Shown here one piece after another: positions 29,090 through 40,401 of a stretch of DNA of 64,000 bases (position 1 is the stretch's first letter; the number at the start of each line of letters is the position of its first letter). The DNA is taken from contig CALOEN010000002.1 in NCBI GenBank assembly GCA_942492335.1, forward strand, positions 60 to 64,059, given 5' to 3'. The stretch comes from an uncultured beta proteobacterium. Lineage in GTDB: Bacteria; Pseudomonadota; Gammaproteobacteria; Burkholderiales; SG8-41. Position numbers and translations under genes: made by a program. A model generated the notes under the pieces. That model was not told the DNA's origin and ran no database searches. It saw only the letters and a list, made by a program, of their open reading frames with translations.

Positions 29090-29842
29090 ATGATGAACGG
29101 CAAGTCTTTGACCCGAATATATTTTCCCGGTGAGATTCCGGTTCACGGCGTATGTGATCTGGCGCCCGACCAGGCACACCATGTGGCACGCGTGCTGCGT
29201 CTGGCGGTTGGAGAGCCGGTGGTGCTTTTCGATGGTTGCGGCAGCGAGCAAAGTGCGGTCATCACCCATATCGCCAAAGCCAGGGTCACGCTGCAGGTCG
29301 GCGAGTCGCACACCGTTGATCGTGAATCGCCCCTCGCGGTGATGCTGGCACAGGGCATATCGAGTGGCGAACGCATGGACTTTACTATACAGAAAGCCGT
29401 TGAACTGGGGGTCGCGGCCATCAGGCCGCTGGCGAGCAACCGTAGCGTAGTGCGGCTCGACGCCGCACGTGCGCTGAAGCGCGCGGCGCACTGGCAGGCC
29501 ATAGCTGTCGCTGCCTGCGAGCAATGCGGCCGCAATACGCTGCCGCAAGTGCTGCCGGTAATGGATTTCACCGACTGGCTGGCGCACGAAGCCCAGCAGG
29601 CGGCGGCGCTGCGGGTGATGCTGTCGCCGCCGGGACCGGCGACGCTGGGCAGTCTGTCGCGACCCGCGGGCAGGGTGACCCTGCTTGCCGGGCCCGAGGG
29701 CGGGTTGTCGCTGCAGGAGCAACAAGACGCGCTTGGCATAGGGTTCACACCCGTCAGACTGGGCCCGCGGATATTGCGGACCGAGACTGCTGCCCTGGCG
29801 GCGTTGAGCGCGATGCAGATGCTGTGGGGGGATTTTAAGTAA
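29090..29842 (+). CDS. rsmE: 16S rRNA (uracil1498-N3)-methyltransferase
   Basis: RsmE family: HHVARVLRL, LLAGPEGGLS, LGPRILRTETAALAALS. Confidence 0.9.
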   Translation: MMNGKSLTRIYFPGEIPVHGVCDLAPDQAHHVARVLRLAVGEPVVLFDGCGSEQSAVITHIAKARVTLQVGESHTVDRESPLAVMLAQGISSGERMDFTIQKAVELGVAAIRPLASNRSVVRLDAARALKRAAHWQAIAVAACEQCGRNTLPQVLPVMDFTDWLAHEAQQAAALRVMLSPPGPATLGSLSRPAGRVTLLAGPEGGLSLQEQQDALGIGFTPVRLGPRILRTETAALAALSAMQMLWGDFK

Positions 29843-29928
29843 ATGCGATCAGTTACCGTGATCGCGCTTTCCCTCGGCGGCGTTCTCGCATAATATGTGA
29901 TTGATTAATAACCAATACTGACCCTGAG

Positions 29929-31248
29929 ATGGCGCTGACATCCCCCGAAAAATTTGTCCAATGGTTCCGTTCCGCGGCGCCTTATATCCATTCCTTCAGA
30001 GACCGGACTTTTGTGATCGCATTTGGCGGCGAGGTGGTGGCGGACGGAAAATTCGTAGGGCTCACGCATGACTTGAATCTGCTGGCCAGCCTGGGTGTGC
30101 GGCTGGTGCTGGTGCATGGCGCGCGGCCGCAGGTCGATTCGCGGCTCAAACAGCTCAAGCACCGCTCCAAGTGCGTGCGCGGCCTGCGCGTCACTGACGA
30201 CGTTGCGCTGCAGTGTGTCAAGGAAGCCAGCGGCAGCCTACGCGTAGAAATTGAAGCACTGCTTTCGATGGGTTTGCCCAGTTCCCCCATGGCGGGGGCC
30301 GATATCCGGATGGCAAGCGGCAATTTCGTGACCGCCCGGCCTATCGGGGTGGTCGACGGTGTCGATCTTCAGCACACCGGGGAGGTACGCAAGATCCACG
30401 CCACCGCAATCAAGGACCGCCTGGATCATGGCGAGCTCGTGCTGATCTCTCCGGTGGGCTATTCGCCAACCGGGGAGATTTTCAATCTGGCGCTGGAAAA
30501 TATCGCCGAGGCAACAGCGGTCGCATTACGCGCCGACAAGCTGATTTTCCTCATGGATGCTACCGGCGTGACGGGCAAACGCGGGCAATTGCTGCGCGAA
30601 TTGACGCCGCAACAGGCCCAGCTCCGGCTTGCCAAGGGCGGTGACCGGGATGGCGACGTGCAGCTGTACCTGCCTTGCGCGCTGCGCGCCTGCCAGCAAG
30701 GGGTGGTGCGGGCCCACCTGATCTCGCGGCGCGCCGATGGCGGCCTGCTGCTCGAGTTGTTTACGCGCCAGGGCGTGGGCACCATGATTACTCCTGATGC
30801 ACTGCAGATTCTGCGCCAGGCCAGGATCGAAGACATCGGCGGCATTCTGCAGCTTCTTGAGCCGCTGGAGTCCGATGGCACCCTGGTAAAACGCAGCCGC
30901 GATCTGCTGGAGATGGAGGTTGAGCGATTTGTCGTGCTCGAACACGACCGCATGGTGGTCGGCTGCGCCGCGCTCTACCCATTTTCCGAGGACAAGGCCG
31001 GCGAGCTCGCCGGCCTTGCCGTTCATCCGGATTTCCGCAATGCCGGTGCCGGAGAGCGGCTGCTGAAGGAGATCGAGTCACGGGCGCGTCGGCGCAAACT
31101 TAAAACCCTGTTTGTGCTTACCACCCGCACCGAGCACTGGTTTGTCGAGCGCGGCTTTGCCGAGGTGGCGCCGGATGTGCTGCCGCGACATAAACGCGAA
31201 CTCTACAATTACCAGCGCCGCTCGGTAGTTCTGTCCAAGCGTCTTTAA
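29929..31248 (+). CDS. argA: Amino-acid N-acetyltransferase (N-acetylglutamate synthase)
   Basis: 439 aa with an N-terminal amino-acid kinase fold (FVIAFGGE...LVLVHGARPQ) and a C-terminal GNAT domain. Confidence 0.93.
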   Translation: MALTSPEKFVQWFRSAAPYIHSFRDRTFVIAFGGEVVADGKFVGLTHDLNLLASLGVRLVLVHGARPQVDSRLKQLKHRSKCVRGLRVTDDVALQCVKEASGSLRVEIEALLSMGLPSSPMAGADIRMASGNFVTARPIGVVDGVDLQHTGEVRKIHATAIKDRLDHGELVLISPVGYSPTGEIFNLALENIAEATAVALRADKLIFLMDATGVTGKRGQLLRELTPQQAQLRLAKGGDRDGDVQLYLPCALRACQQGVVRAHLISRRADGGLLLELFTRQGVGTMITPDALQILRQARIEDIGGILQLLEPLESDGTLVKRSRDLLEMEVERFVVLEHDRMVVGCAALYPFSEDKAGELAGLAVHPDFRNAGAGERLLKEIESRARRRKLKTLFVLTTRTEHWFVERGFAEVAPDVLPRHKRELYNYQRRSVVLSKRL

Positions 31249-31296
31249 CTTGCCGCAAACAGCTGATACCAGCATCCCCATGAACAGACGACCAGC

Positions 31297-34158
31297 ATGA
31301 AGGCTGCTCTGTTCTCGCTTTCATTGCGGTCCCGGCTGCTGCTCGCCAGCACCCTTGTGCAGATCGCAATGCTCGCGCTGCTGATCGTCAACGGCATCAG
31401 CATCATGGATGACAAGCTCAACGAGCGCACACGCATTCATCTGGAGGATCAAAAACAACTGTTGAATGCCGCGCTCTCCGTGCCGCTCGCCAAGGAAGAC
31501 TACCGGGGTCTGCAGTCCGTGCTTGAAGCTGTGCGTCGCGACAACGGCATTGCCTACATGGTGCTCCTTGATCCCGGCGGCAGGGTGGTTGCCGCGTCAG
31601 GCTGGGAGGCCAGCCTGCCGCTGCCGCCGGTTGATACCGCCAGCAACGTCCGGTTTGCCAAGCATGACGGGTATTTTCACACGGAAGTACAGATTGAAAG
31701 CGCCGGCCAAAAAATTGGCAATCTGCGCTTCGGTCTTTCGACGACGTTCATAATGAACGCCCGCGACGAACTGATCCGGGATAACCTGCTGATCGGCGGC
31801 ATCGCGCTGATCATGTCAGTGATCTCGATGATGGGGATAAGTTACTGGCTGACGCGCAGCCTGACCCAGCTGACCAGGGCCAGCGCGAATCTCGCGGGGG
31901 GCGACCTGAATGTGCGCCTGCCGGTTGAAGGGGGGGACGAGGTAGGCAGGCTGACCCACGCATTCAATATCATGGCGGCAGCGCTGCAAGACCGGGTCAA
32001 GGCGCTCGCCGAGAGCGAGGGCAAGTTCAGCGCCATCGCAGATTACAGCTATGACTGCGAATTGTGGATCAATCCGGAAGGCCGGTTGATCTGGATTAAT
32101 CCGCGCGTTCACGACATGTTTGGCTACACTCCGGAGGAATGCATCGGGACCGAAAATTTTCCGGCGCCATTCATCAGCAGTTCGGATGTCGAGCGCACTG
32201 TGCGCCAAATCAGGCGGGCATTGCGAGGTAACAGCGGACAGGATTACGAGTTTCGGGCGCGACACAAGGACGGTGCCGAATTCTGGGCGGCGGCCGACTG
32301 GCGGCCTATCTATGACAGCCGTGGCGGGTATCTCGGTATCCGCATCAGCATCCGCGATATCACACAGCGCAAGGAAGCCGAACTGAAGCTGGAGGCGAGC
32401 GTGGCCGAGTTGCGCGAAGCACAGGCCGTGCAGCAGGAATATCTGATGCGCGAGCAGGACGAGCACGCCCGGCTTTCGGCGCTGCTGGCGGCCATGGATA
32501 CCGGCATCCTGTTTGTGAGCCAGGACAACAAGGTCGTGTACTGCAATCCCGCATTCAAGCGCATCTGGCTGATCGAGCACGAGACGCAGCTCATCGGCTG
32601 CAATCCACAAGAGGTTCTGAGGGGCTCGGCCTGCACACTGGCGCGCCCCGAGGAGCAGATGCAGCGCATGCTGCGGCAGCCGCACGATGGTGAAATTTTC
32701 GGCGCGCTCGAAATCCAGATCGCTGACGGACGCCTGGTCACTCAGCAGGGCCACGCGGTCAGGGACAGTCTGGGACGGCCCGTCGGGCACCTCTGGCTGT
32801 TTGAGGATGTCACGCGGGAGCGTCAGACCGCGGATCAGCTGGTCTATCTTGCCGAGCGTGATGCGTTGACCGGACTTTACAATCGCCACCGCTTCAACGA
32901 AGAACTGACGCGCATGATCGCGGATGCAGGGCGCAACAAGTCGCGCGTGGCGCTGCTGTTTTTCGACCTCGATGATTTCAAGTACATCAACGACACCTTC
33001 GGTCATCGCGCGGGCGATGCGATGCTGATCCGGGTCGCGGGCGAGGTCGCGGGCCAGGTCCGGAAGAACGAAATCTTCAGCCGCATCGGCGGCGACGAGT
33101 TTGCGATCCTGGTGCCGGAAATTTCAGACGAGATGTTGCGCATTCTGGCCGAACGCATGATTCAGTCTATTGCCATGGTGCGTTTCCAGTTCGAGGGGCA
33201 GAGCCTGCGGCTGACTACCAGCCTCGGGATCGCGGTATTTCCAGACCATGCAGATAACGCTGAAGACCTTATCGCGCGCGCCGATACTGCGATGTATCAG
33301 GCCAAGGAAGTGGGAAAAAACGCGTATCGAGTCTACCGCGGCGATCTCGACACGTCGCAGGCGATGGTCTCCCGGATGTCGTGGAACGACCGCATCCTGC
33401 ACGCGCTCGAGAACAATCTGATGGATCTCCAGTTTCAGGGTGTTTATGCGACAAGGGACCGGTCGCTTTCGTATTTTGAGGTCCTGGTGCGCATGCGTGA
33501 CAAGAATGAGCCGGCGCTGATACTGATGCCGGCCCAGTTCATTCCGGTCGCCGAGAAATCAGGCAAGATTCTGGAGATCGACCGGTGGGTGTTGCGCGAG
33601 AGCATACAAATGCTCGCCGAGCTGGAATCCATTCCGGGGCTTGCGGTCAATATCTCCGGGCGCTCTTTTGATGAGCCGACGCTGCCCCAGTACATCGCCG
33701 AGCAATTGAAGCGGCATGGCGTATCGCCAAGGCGGCTGCTGGTCGAGCTTACCGAGACCTCGGCGGTGTCGGACCTGCATGACGCGCAGCGGTTCATCGA
33801 AGCGCTGCGCCAGACCGGGTGCCGCGTGTGCCTCGACGATTTCGGAACCGGCTTTTCATCCTTCGCCTATCTCAAACACCTGCAGGCCGATTCGGTCAAG
33901 ATAGACGGGCTGTTCATCCGCAATCTGCCCAGGGATGTCGACAATCAGCTGTTCGTCAAGGCCATCGTGTCTGTTGCGCGAGGGCTTAACAAGACCACTG
34001 TCGCCGAGTGTGTCGAGGACGAAGAAACGCTGGTGATGCTGAGGGACTTTGGGGTTGACTGTGTTCAGGGTTATTATCTGGAGAAACCGCGCGTCGATAA
34101 TCCCCTGATGGCCGAGTCCACCCGAATTCGCATCAACATGGAATTGCGGCTAACCTGA
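31297..34158 (+). CDS. Membrane sensor with HAMP, two PAS domains, GGDEF and EAL domains (c-di-GMP turnover)
   Basis: TM-periplasmic-TM N-terminus, HAMP (LAGGDLNVRLPVEGGDEVGRLTHAFNIMA), PAS blocks, RIGGDEF, and an EAL-type domain (FEVLVRM ... DDFGTGFSS ... KIDG). Confidence 0.9.
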   Translation: MKAALFSLSLRSRLLLASTLVQIAMLALLIVNGISIMDDKLNERTRIHLEDQKQLLNAALSVPLAKEDYRGLQSVLEAVRRDNGIAYMVLLDPGGRVVAASGWEASLPLPPVDTASNVRFAKHDGYFHTEVQIESAGQKIGNLRFGLSTTFIMNARDELIRDNLLIGGIALIMSVISMMGISYWLTRSLTQLTRASANLAGGDLNVRLPVEGGDEVGRLTHAFNIMAAALQDRVKALAESEGKFSAIADYSYDCELWINPEGRLIWINPRVHDMFGYTPEECIGTENFPAPFISSSDVERTVRQIRRALRGNSGQDYEFRARHKDGAEFWAAADWRPIYDSRGGYLGIRISIRDITQRKEAELKLEASVAELREAQAVQQEYLMREQDEHARLSALLAAMDTGILFVSQDNKVVYCNPAFKRIWLIEHETQLIGCNPQEVLRGSACTLARPEEQMQRMLRQPHDGEIFGALEIQIADGRLVTQQGHAVRDSLGRPVGHLWLFEDVTRERQTADQLVYLAERDALTGLYNRHRFNEELTRMIADAGRNKSRVALLFFDLDDFKYINDTFGHRAGDAMLIRVAGEVAGQVRKNEIFSRIGGDEFAILVPEISDEMLRILAERMIQSIAMVRFQFEGQSLRLTTSLGIAVFPDHADNAEDLIARADTAMYQAKEVGKNAYRVYRGDLDTSQAMVSRMSWNDRILHALENNLMDLQFQGVYATRDRSLSYFEVLVRMRDKNEPALILMPAQFIPVAEKSGKILEIDRWVLRESIQMLAELESIPGLAVNISGRSFDEPTLPQYIAEQLKRHGVSPRRLLVELTETSAVSDLHDAQRFIEALRQTGCRVCLDDFGTGFSSFAYLKHLQADSVKIDGLFIRNLPRDVDNQLFVKAIVSVARGLNKTTVAECVEDEETLVMLRDFGVDCVQGYYLEKPRVDNPLMAESTRIRINMELRLT

Positions 34159-34214
34159 CGGGACGTCAACGCGATAATTCTGCAATATTCGACTGCTAAT
34201 CTGGAGCATGAGTC

Positions 34215-34490
34215 ATGGCAAGGATGGTGTTGTGCGTGAAGCTGGGCCGCGAAGCCGAAGGGCTGGATTTTCCAACCTACCCCGGCGAACTCGGCAAGCG
34301 TATTTTTGAAAATGTGTCCAAGGAAGCCTGGAAGCAATGGCTTGAACAGCAGAAAATGCTGGTCAACGAAAACCGGCTCAACCTTGCGGACAAAAAGGCG
34401 AGAGATTATCTCGCGCAACAGATGGAGAAGCACTTTTTCGGCGGCGGTGCCGATGCCGCTGTCGGTTACGTGCCGCCTGCGTCGAAGTAG
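34215..34490 (+). CDS. yggX: Fe(2+)-trafficking / oxidative damage protection protein YggX
   Basis: 91 aa; [39 protein letters not shown] is the typical family sequence. Confidence 0.9.
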   Translation: MARMVLCVKLGREAEGLDFPTYPGELGKRIFENVSKEAWKQWLEQQKMLVNENRLNLADKKARDYLAQQMEKHFFGGGADAAVGYVPPASK

Positions 34491-34559
34491 ACACGCCGCG
34501 ACTTTCTCCCCGGGATCCGTTGCCGATCTGGTAAGCGTTTTAGCGCGCACAGGCAGTTC

Positions 34560-36638
34560 ATGAGCAAACCCCGTCTCGACCCCGAGCTTTATCTCAACCG
34601 TGAAATCGGTCTGCTGGCATTCAACCGCCGGGTGTTGGCCCAGGCGGAAAACCCCGGCCACCCACTGCTCGAGCGGCTGAAGTTCCTGTGCATCGTCAGC
34701 AGCAACCTAGACGAATTTTTCGAAATTCGCGTCTCCGGGCTCAAGGAGGAAATCGAAGCCGGTTCACCCCCGGCCGGCCCTGACCGCATGCCCGCCGATC
34801 AGGTGTTCCTGCGGGTGGCGAAGGAGGCCCATGATCTGGTTGCGAACCAGTACCGACTGCTGAACGAAGAAATCCTGCCCGGGCTCGAGAAGGAAGGAAT
34901 ACGCTTCCTGCGCCGGTCGGATATCACGGCCAGGCAGGCTGAGTGGATCAAGGCTTACTTTTTGCGGGAGGTGATGCCGGTGCTGACGCCGATCGGGCTC
35001 GATCCGGCGCATCCGTTTCCGCGAGTGCTCAATAAAAGCCTGAATTTCGTGGTTGAACTCGAGGGCAAGGACGCCTTCGGCCGCAATTCCGGCATCGCCA
35101 TCGTCCAGGCGCCGCGCGTGCTGCCGCGCGTGATCCGGCTGCCGCCCGATATCGCGGCGGTCAAACACGACTTTATTTTCCTGTCATCGGTGCTTCATGC
35201 GCATGTCTCGGAGCTTTTCGCCGGCATGAAGGTTATCGACTGCTATCAATTCCGCGTCACGCGCAACAGCGATCTGTTCGTCGACGAGGAAGAAGCCACT
35301 GACTTGCGCGCCGCGCTGCGCGGCGAGCTGCCACACCGCCATTTCGGCGACGAGGTGCGGCTGGAAGTTGCGGACAACTGCCCGCAGCCGATTTCCGATT
35401 TCCTGCTGGCCCATTTCAAGCTCGGGCAGGATGATCTTTACCGCGTTGAAGGGCCGGTCAATCTGGCGCGGCTGATAAGCGTACCGGAATGGATAGACCG
35501 GGCCGACCTCAAGTTTCCGCATTTCACGCCGGGATTGCCGAAGAAACTGGAGCGGCCCGGGGACATGTTCAGCGCCATTGACGAAGGCGATATCCTGCTG
35601 CACCAGCCGTTCCAGTCGTTCCAGCCGGTGATCCTGTTTCTCGAACAGGCGGCGCGCGACAAAAACGTGGTGGCGATCAAGCAGACGGTCTACCGCACTG
35701 GCGCGGAATCGGAGTTGATGGAGATCCTGATCAATGCGGCACGCAGCGGCAAGGAAGTCACGGTGGTGCTGGAATTGCTGGCGCGCTTTGACGAGGAAGC
35801 AAACATCAACTGGGCGCAGCGACTGGAAGATGCCGGTGCGCATGTCGTCTATGGCGTCGTCGGGCACAAAACGCACGCCAAGATGCTGATGGTAGTGCGA
35901 CGCGAGGGGGAGCGGTTGCGGCGCTACGTGCATTTGTCGACCGGCAATTATCATCCCCGCACCGCAAAACTCTATACGGATTTCGGTCTGTTCACCTGCA
36001 ACGAAGAATTCGGCGTCGACGTCAGTGACGTTTTCATGCAACTGACCGGACTGGGCAAGGCGAGCAAACTCAAGCATCTGTGGCAGTCGCCCTTCACATT
36101 TCACAAGAAAATGCTTAACGCGATACAGAATGAGATGCGCATCGCCCAGGCCGGACACAAGGCGCAGATCATCGCCAAAATGAATGCGTTGCTCGAGCCC
36201 GAGATCATCGCCGCGCTCTATGAAGCATCGAAGGCGGGTGTCGAAATCGATCTCATCGTGCGCGGGGTGTGTGCGTTGCGGCCGGGTGTCCCGGGGGTTT
36301 CCGACAATATTCGCGTGCGCTCCATAGTCGGTCGTTTCCTCGAACACACACGCATATTCTTTTTCCACAATGATGGCGCGCAGGATGTCCACCTCGCCAG
36401 CGCCGACTGGATGGACCGTAATTTTTTCCGCCGTGTCGAAATCAGCTTTCCGGTTCTCGATCCCGATCTGAAGCAGCGCGTGATCAACGAGGGCCTGAAG
36501 CCTTATCTCGAGGATAATTCGCAGGCGTGGGAAATGGACCAGCAGGGACAATATCTATGTAAATCGCCGAAGCGAGCCAAACCATTGTATTCACAGAATT
36601 ATTTGCTGGATATTTTGGCGCGCCAGCCCTCGGTGTAG
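34560..36638 (+). CDS. ppk1: Polyphosphate kinase 1
   Basis: 692 aa. YLNREIGLLAFNRRVL N-terminus, two PLD-like HKD-type domains, and the histidine region (GHKTHAKMLMVVRRE). Confidence 0.96.
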   Translation: MSKPRLDPELYLNREIGLLAFNRRVLAQAENPGHPLLERLKFLCIVSSNLDEFFEIRVSGLKEEIEAGSPPAGPDRMPADQVFLRVAKEAHDLVANQYRLLNEEILPGLEKEGIRFLRRSDITARQAEWIKAYFLREVMPVLTPIGLDPAHPFPRVLNKSLNFVVELEGKDAFGRNSGIAIVQAPRVLPRVIRLPPDIAAVKHDFIFLSSVLHAHVSELFAGMKVIDCYQFRVTRNSDLFVDEEEATDLRAALRGELPHRHFGDEVRLEVADNCPQPISDFLLAHFKLGQDDLYRVEGPVNLARLISVPEWIDRADLKFPHFTPGLPKKLERPGDMFSAIDEGDILLHQPFQSFQPVILFLEQAARDKNVVAIKQTVYRTGAESELMEILINAARSGKEVTVVLELLARFDEEANINWAQRLEDAGAHVVYGVVGHKTHAKMLMVVRREGERLRRYVHLSTGNYHPRTAKLYTDFGLFTCNEEFGVDVSDVFMQLTGLGKASKLKHLWQSPFTFHKKMLNAIQNEMRIAQAGHKAQIIAKMNALLEPEIIAALYEASKAGVEIDLIVRGVCALRPGVPGVSDNIRVRSIVGRFLEHTRIFFFHNDGAQDVHLASADWMDRNFFRRVEISFPVLDPDLKQRVINEGLKPYLEDNSQAWEMDQQGQYLCKSPKRAKPLYSQNYLLDILARQPSV

Positions 36639-36660
36639 TGCCGTTGCCGGCGCGCAGAAT

Positions 36661-38262
36661 ATGCTGGCAGTGGGCGCCGGGTCGGCTATCATGAAGCGTC
36701 ACGTTATCAGTCAGACAAGCGCCTTGACTCATCCCCGCACCGACACGGAGACCGAACTCAAGTTGCTGGTGCCGCCGGGCGCATCGCGCCGGCTTGGCGC
36801 ACATCCGCTGCTCAGGGGTGCGGGGCGTTCGACCACAAAAAAGCTCTACAGCCTGTACTTCGACACGCCCGATCTTGATTTGTGGCGACAGGGTGTTGCG
36901 CTCCGGTTGCGCAAAGACGGCGCGCAATGGGTGCAGGCGGTAAAGGGCGGCGGAGAGGTAACAAGCGGCCTGCATCGCAGAGTCGAACTCGAGTCCGAGG
37001 TGGCTGGGCCATTTCCGGACTGCACGGTGATCGACAGCGGGGCGTTTTCCGGGTTGTTCTCGTCGCCCCGGTTGTGTGCCCGGTTTCAGCCTGTATTTAT
37101 TACTCAATTCAGCCGCACCAGCAGGATAATCACGCCCAGGCCGGGCATCGCGGTGGAAGTGTGCATCGACCGCGGCGTGATCAAGTGCGATGACAGCATC
37201 GAGATGATTAGCGAGCTCGAGCTTGAACTCAAATCCGGGGCGCCACGGTATCTGTATGAGCTTGCGCTGCAACTGCTGGAAAGCGTGCCCCTGCGCATAG
37301 AGAACCGTTCCAAGGCCGAGCGCGGCTATGCCTTGCTGCGCGGCGGGCATCCGGCGCCAGTCAAGGCGCAAGCGGTAGCATTGGATTCGGGCATGTCGAT
37401 CGACGATGCGTTCAAAGCGATTGTATGGGCATCGCTCGCTCAGTTGCAGGCCAACGAGCACGGCATGCAAGTGAGCCGTGATCCGGAATATCTGCATCAG
37501 ATGCGCGTGGCGCTGCGCCGGATGCGCTCGGCCTTCAGAACTTTTTCCGATGCGCTTAGGCAAGAGGAGGCCACTCACTTCGTGGCTGAAATCAGATGGC
37601 TGGCGCGTGAACTCGGGCCGGCTCGCGACTGGGACGTATTCATGTCCGGAACACTGTCGCCTGTCCTCAGTGAGTTTCGCGGGCACGGCGGACTGGCGGC
37701 ATTGAAAAAATGCGCCGCGCGCGCCAGAACGGCGAGCAGGCGACGGGCTAAGAGCGCGATCGAATCCCCGCGTTTTCGACGCCTGAGCCTGATGCTCCCC
37801 GCCTGGATGTTGGCCGATTCCTGTTTCAAACAGAAAGAGTCCGGACTTGCTGCGTCGAGTGTGCCGGTGCCGACATTCGCCGGTGCCGCGCTCAAACGGC
37901 GTTTTGCCGCTGTCAGAAAACGCGGCCGCAAGCTGCGGCAGCTGTCGGCCGCCGAATTGCATCTGCTGCGTATCGCCATCAAGAAGCTGCGTTATATCCT
38001 CGATTCATTCGCCATGTTCTATGACGAAAAACGCACGGCCAGGATGCTGGGGCGGCTTGCCCGATTGCAGGATGTCCTGGGCGCAATCAATGACGCGGCG
38101 ACGGTGGCTGGTCTGCTGGAGAGTTTGGGCGCAAAATCTGCCAAGGACATGAACGAGGCGCGCGGCATGGTACGAGGCTGGAGCAAAGGCCGGGCCGACG
38201 CGCTAAAATATGAACTCAACGCTGCCTGGGCAGCGTTCCGCGACAGCAAGAAATGCTGGTAG
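36661..38262 (+). CDS. CYTH (triphosphate tunnel) - CHAD domain protein
   Basis: N-terminal ExExK (TETELKLLV) CYTH fold. C-terminal CHAD helices (YLHQMRVALRRMRSAFRTF, LHLLRIAIKKLRYILDSF). ATG 36691 is an alternative start. Confidence 0.85.
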   Translation: MLAVGAGSAIMKRHVISQTSALTHPRTDTETELKLLVPPGASRRLGAHPLLRGAGRSTTKKLYSLYFDTPDLDLWRQGVALRLRKDGAQWVQAVKGGGEVTSGLHRRVELESEVAGPFPDCTVIDSGAFSGLFSSPRLCARFQPVFITQFSRTSRIITPRPGIAVEVCIDRGVIKCDDSIEMISELELELKSGAPRYLYELALQLLESVPLRIENRSKAERGYALLRGGHPAPVKAQAVALDSGMSIDDAFKAIVWASLAQLQANEHGMQVSRDPEYLHQMRVALRRMRSAFRTFSDALRQEEATHFVAEIRWLARELGPARDWDVFMSGTLSPVLSEFRGHGGLAALKKCAARARTASRRRAKSAIESPRFRRLSLMLPAWMLADSCFKQKESGLAASSVPVPTFAGAALKRRFAAVRKRGRKLRQLSAAELHLLRIAIKKLRYILDSFAMFYDEKRTARMLGRLARLQDVLGAINDAATVAGLLESLGAKSAKDMNEARGMVRGWSKGRADALKYELNAAWAAFRDSKKCW

Positions 38263-38288
38263 CAGTGTGCAGTGCTGATGGGAAAGAT

Positions 38289-38736
38289 ATGGAACTTATA
38301 TTGTGGCGCCATGCCGATGCCGAGGACGGGATGCCTGACACGGGCCGCGAGCTGACCGCGAAGGGTGTCAAGCAGGCCGAACGGATGGCCGCCTGGCTCA
38401 GGGAAAGATTGACGAAGGGACACGGTAGTGCTGGTGAGCCCGGCGCGTCGCGCCCAGCAAACGGCTCAGGCGCTGAGCAAGAAATTCGAGACCAGCGAGG
38501 CTGTCGATACCGCTGCAACGCCCGAGTCGCTGCTTGATGCTGCAGGGTGGCCCGATCGCAAGGGCGCGGTGGTGGTGGTCGGCCATCAGCCGACGCTGGG
38601 TGCGGCGGCGGCGCTGGCGCTGACCGGCAGCGCACAACAGTGGAGCGTCAAGAAAGGGGCGATCTGGTGGCTGGAACTGCGGGAACGCGACCATGTTGCG
38701 GTGTTGCGCGCCGTGCTTTCGCCAGACTTGATTTAG
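38289..38736 (+). pseudogene. sixA: Phosphohistidine phosphatase SixA, frame broken once at GGG 38417-38419; possibly a sequencing error
   Basis: MELILWRHADAEDG (RHA/G motif) in ORF 38253-38537 continues as DTVVLVSPARRAQQTAQAL...VVGHQPTLG in ORF 38428-38736 if one G is removed. Confidence 0.8.
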
Positions 38737-38795
38737 CGCCCTGGCTGAAACCCATCTCACGTATTTCATCATGTCAGGGTCTCACGGGAGGTCTC

Positions 38796-40288
38796 ATGTT
38801 CGAATCAGCCAACCTTTCGCACAAGGTCAGTAAGCAGGCCTATCAACGCGAGGAGCCGGGCCTGCGCGCGGCGTTGCTCAACGCCCAATACGATCTTTTT
38901 AAAAATGGCCGATTCCCGGTATTGATTCTGATCGCCGGCGTGGAGGGCGCGGGCAAGGGCGAGACCGTGAACCTGCTCAATGAGTGGATGGATCCGCGCC
39001 ACATCTACGCGCACGCATTTCCCCTGCCCTCCGATGAGGAGCGCGAGCGACCGCCGATGTGGCGGTTCTGGCGCGCGCTGCCGCCGAAGGGCAAGATCGG
39101 GGTTTTTTTCGGCGCGTGGCACACCAGCCCGTCGTCGGACGGGTGCAGGGCATCATCGGCGAAGGTGAATTTTCCCAGAGTATCGCGGAAATTCTGCGTT
39201 TCGAAAAAATGCTAGCCGACGAGGGCGTGCTGCTGCTTAAGTTCTGGTTCCACCTGTCCAAAGACCAGCAGAAGAAACGCCTGAAAGCCCTGGAGAAGGA
39301 CCCCAAAACCAAGTGGCGGGTCACCGATCTCGAGTGGAAATATTTCAAGATTTATAACAAGTTCGTCAAGGTGTGCGAGCCGTTTCTGCGCCGGACTTCC
39401 ACCGGCGAGGCGCCGTGGATCGTGGTGGCGGGCGCCGATCCGCGTTACCGCTCGATTACCGTCGGCCGGCACCTGCTGGCGGCCATGCGCGAGCGCCTCG
39501 ACGAGAAACCGGCCAGGCGCCTGCCCGACAAGACCCCGCCGCTGTTGCCCGCGGCCGATCATCTGAATGTCTTGCGCGCGCTCAAGCTCGACCAGCCGCT
39601 GACCAAAGCCGCTTACGGAAAACAGCTCGAAAAGTGGCAGGGCCGGTTGAATGTCCTGTCGCGCCATCCGCGCTTCAAGAACATATCGGTGGTCCTGGTG
39701 TTCGAGGGCAACGACGCTGCCGGCAAGGGCGGCGCCATCCGCCGCATCACCGGGGCGCTGGATGCGCGCAGCTATCACAGCGTTCCGGTTGCCGCTCCGA
39801 CCGAGGAGGAGCGGGCCCAGCCGTATTTGTGGCGTTTCTGGCGGCATGTCCCGCGTCACGGCCGGATCACCATTTTCGACCGATCGTGGTACGGGCGGGT
39901 ACTGGTGGAGCGTGTCGAGGGTTTTTGCTCCGAAAACGACTGGATGCGCGCTTACACCGAGATCAACGATTTCGAGCAGCAGCTCACTCGGCAGCATATC
40001 GTGGTCGTCAAGTACTGGCTGGCCATCAGCAAGGACGAGCAATTAAGGCGTTTCAAGGAACGGGAGAAAATCGCCTTCAAGCACTTCAAAATCACCGAGG
40101 AAGACTGGCGCAACCGCAAGAAATGGGATGCTTATGAACAGGCGGTGTGCGACATGGTGGACCGCACCTCGACTTCGATCGCGCCGTGGACACTGGTCGA
40201 GGCCAACAACAAATACTACGCGCGGCTCAAGGTGCTCAAGACCCTGTGCCACGCAGTCGAGGCGGCGCTGGAACAGGCCAAGCCCTGA
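38796..40288 (+). pseudogene. ppk2: Two-domain polyphosphate kinase 2 (polyphosphate:AMP phosphotransferase type), frame broken once near 39123-39126; possibly a sequencing error
   Basis: Domain 1 (VLILIAGVEGAGKGETVN, MWRFWRALPPKGKIGVFFGAWH) is in ORF 38547-39215. It continues (QPVVGRVQG...) with domain 2 (VVLVFEGNDAAGKGGAIRR, LWRFWRHVPRHGRITIFDRSWY) in ORF 39059-40288. ATG 38796 is preceded by GGGAGG. Confidence 0.85.
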
Positions 40289-40401
40289 CTGCAGCTAACA
40301 TTCCATTTGTGCAAAGCACGCAGGGGGTTGGCAGTATTGCCCGACATGCGCGCCGATCCTGCTGTTTTCTCCGCGGCACACTGCTGTTTCCAGGGACAGT
40401 C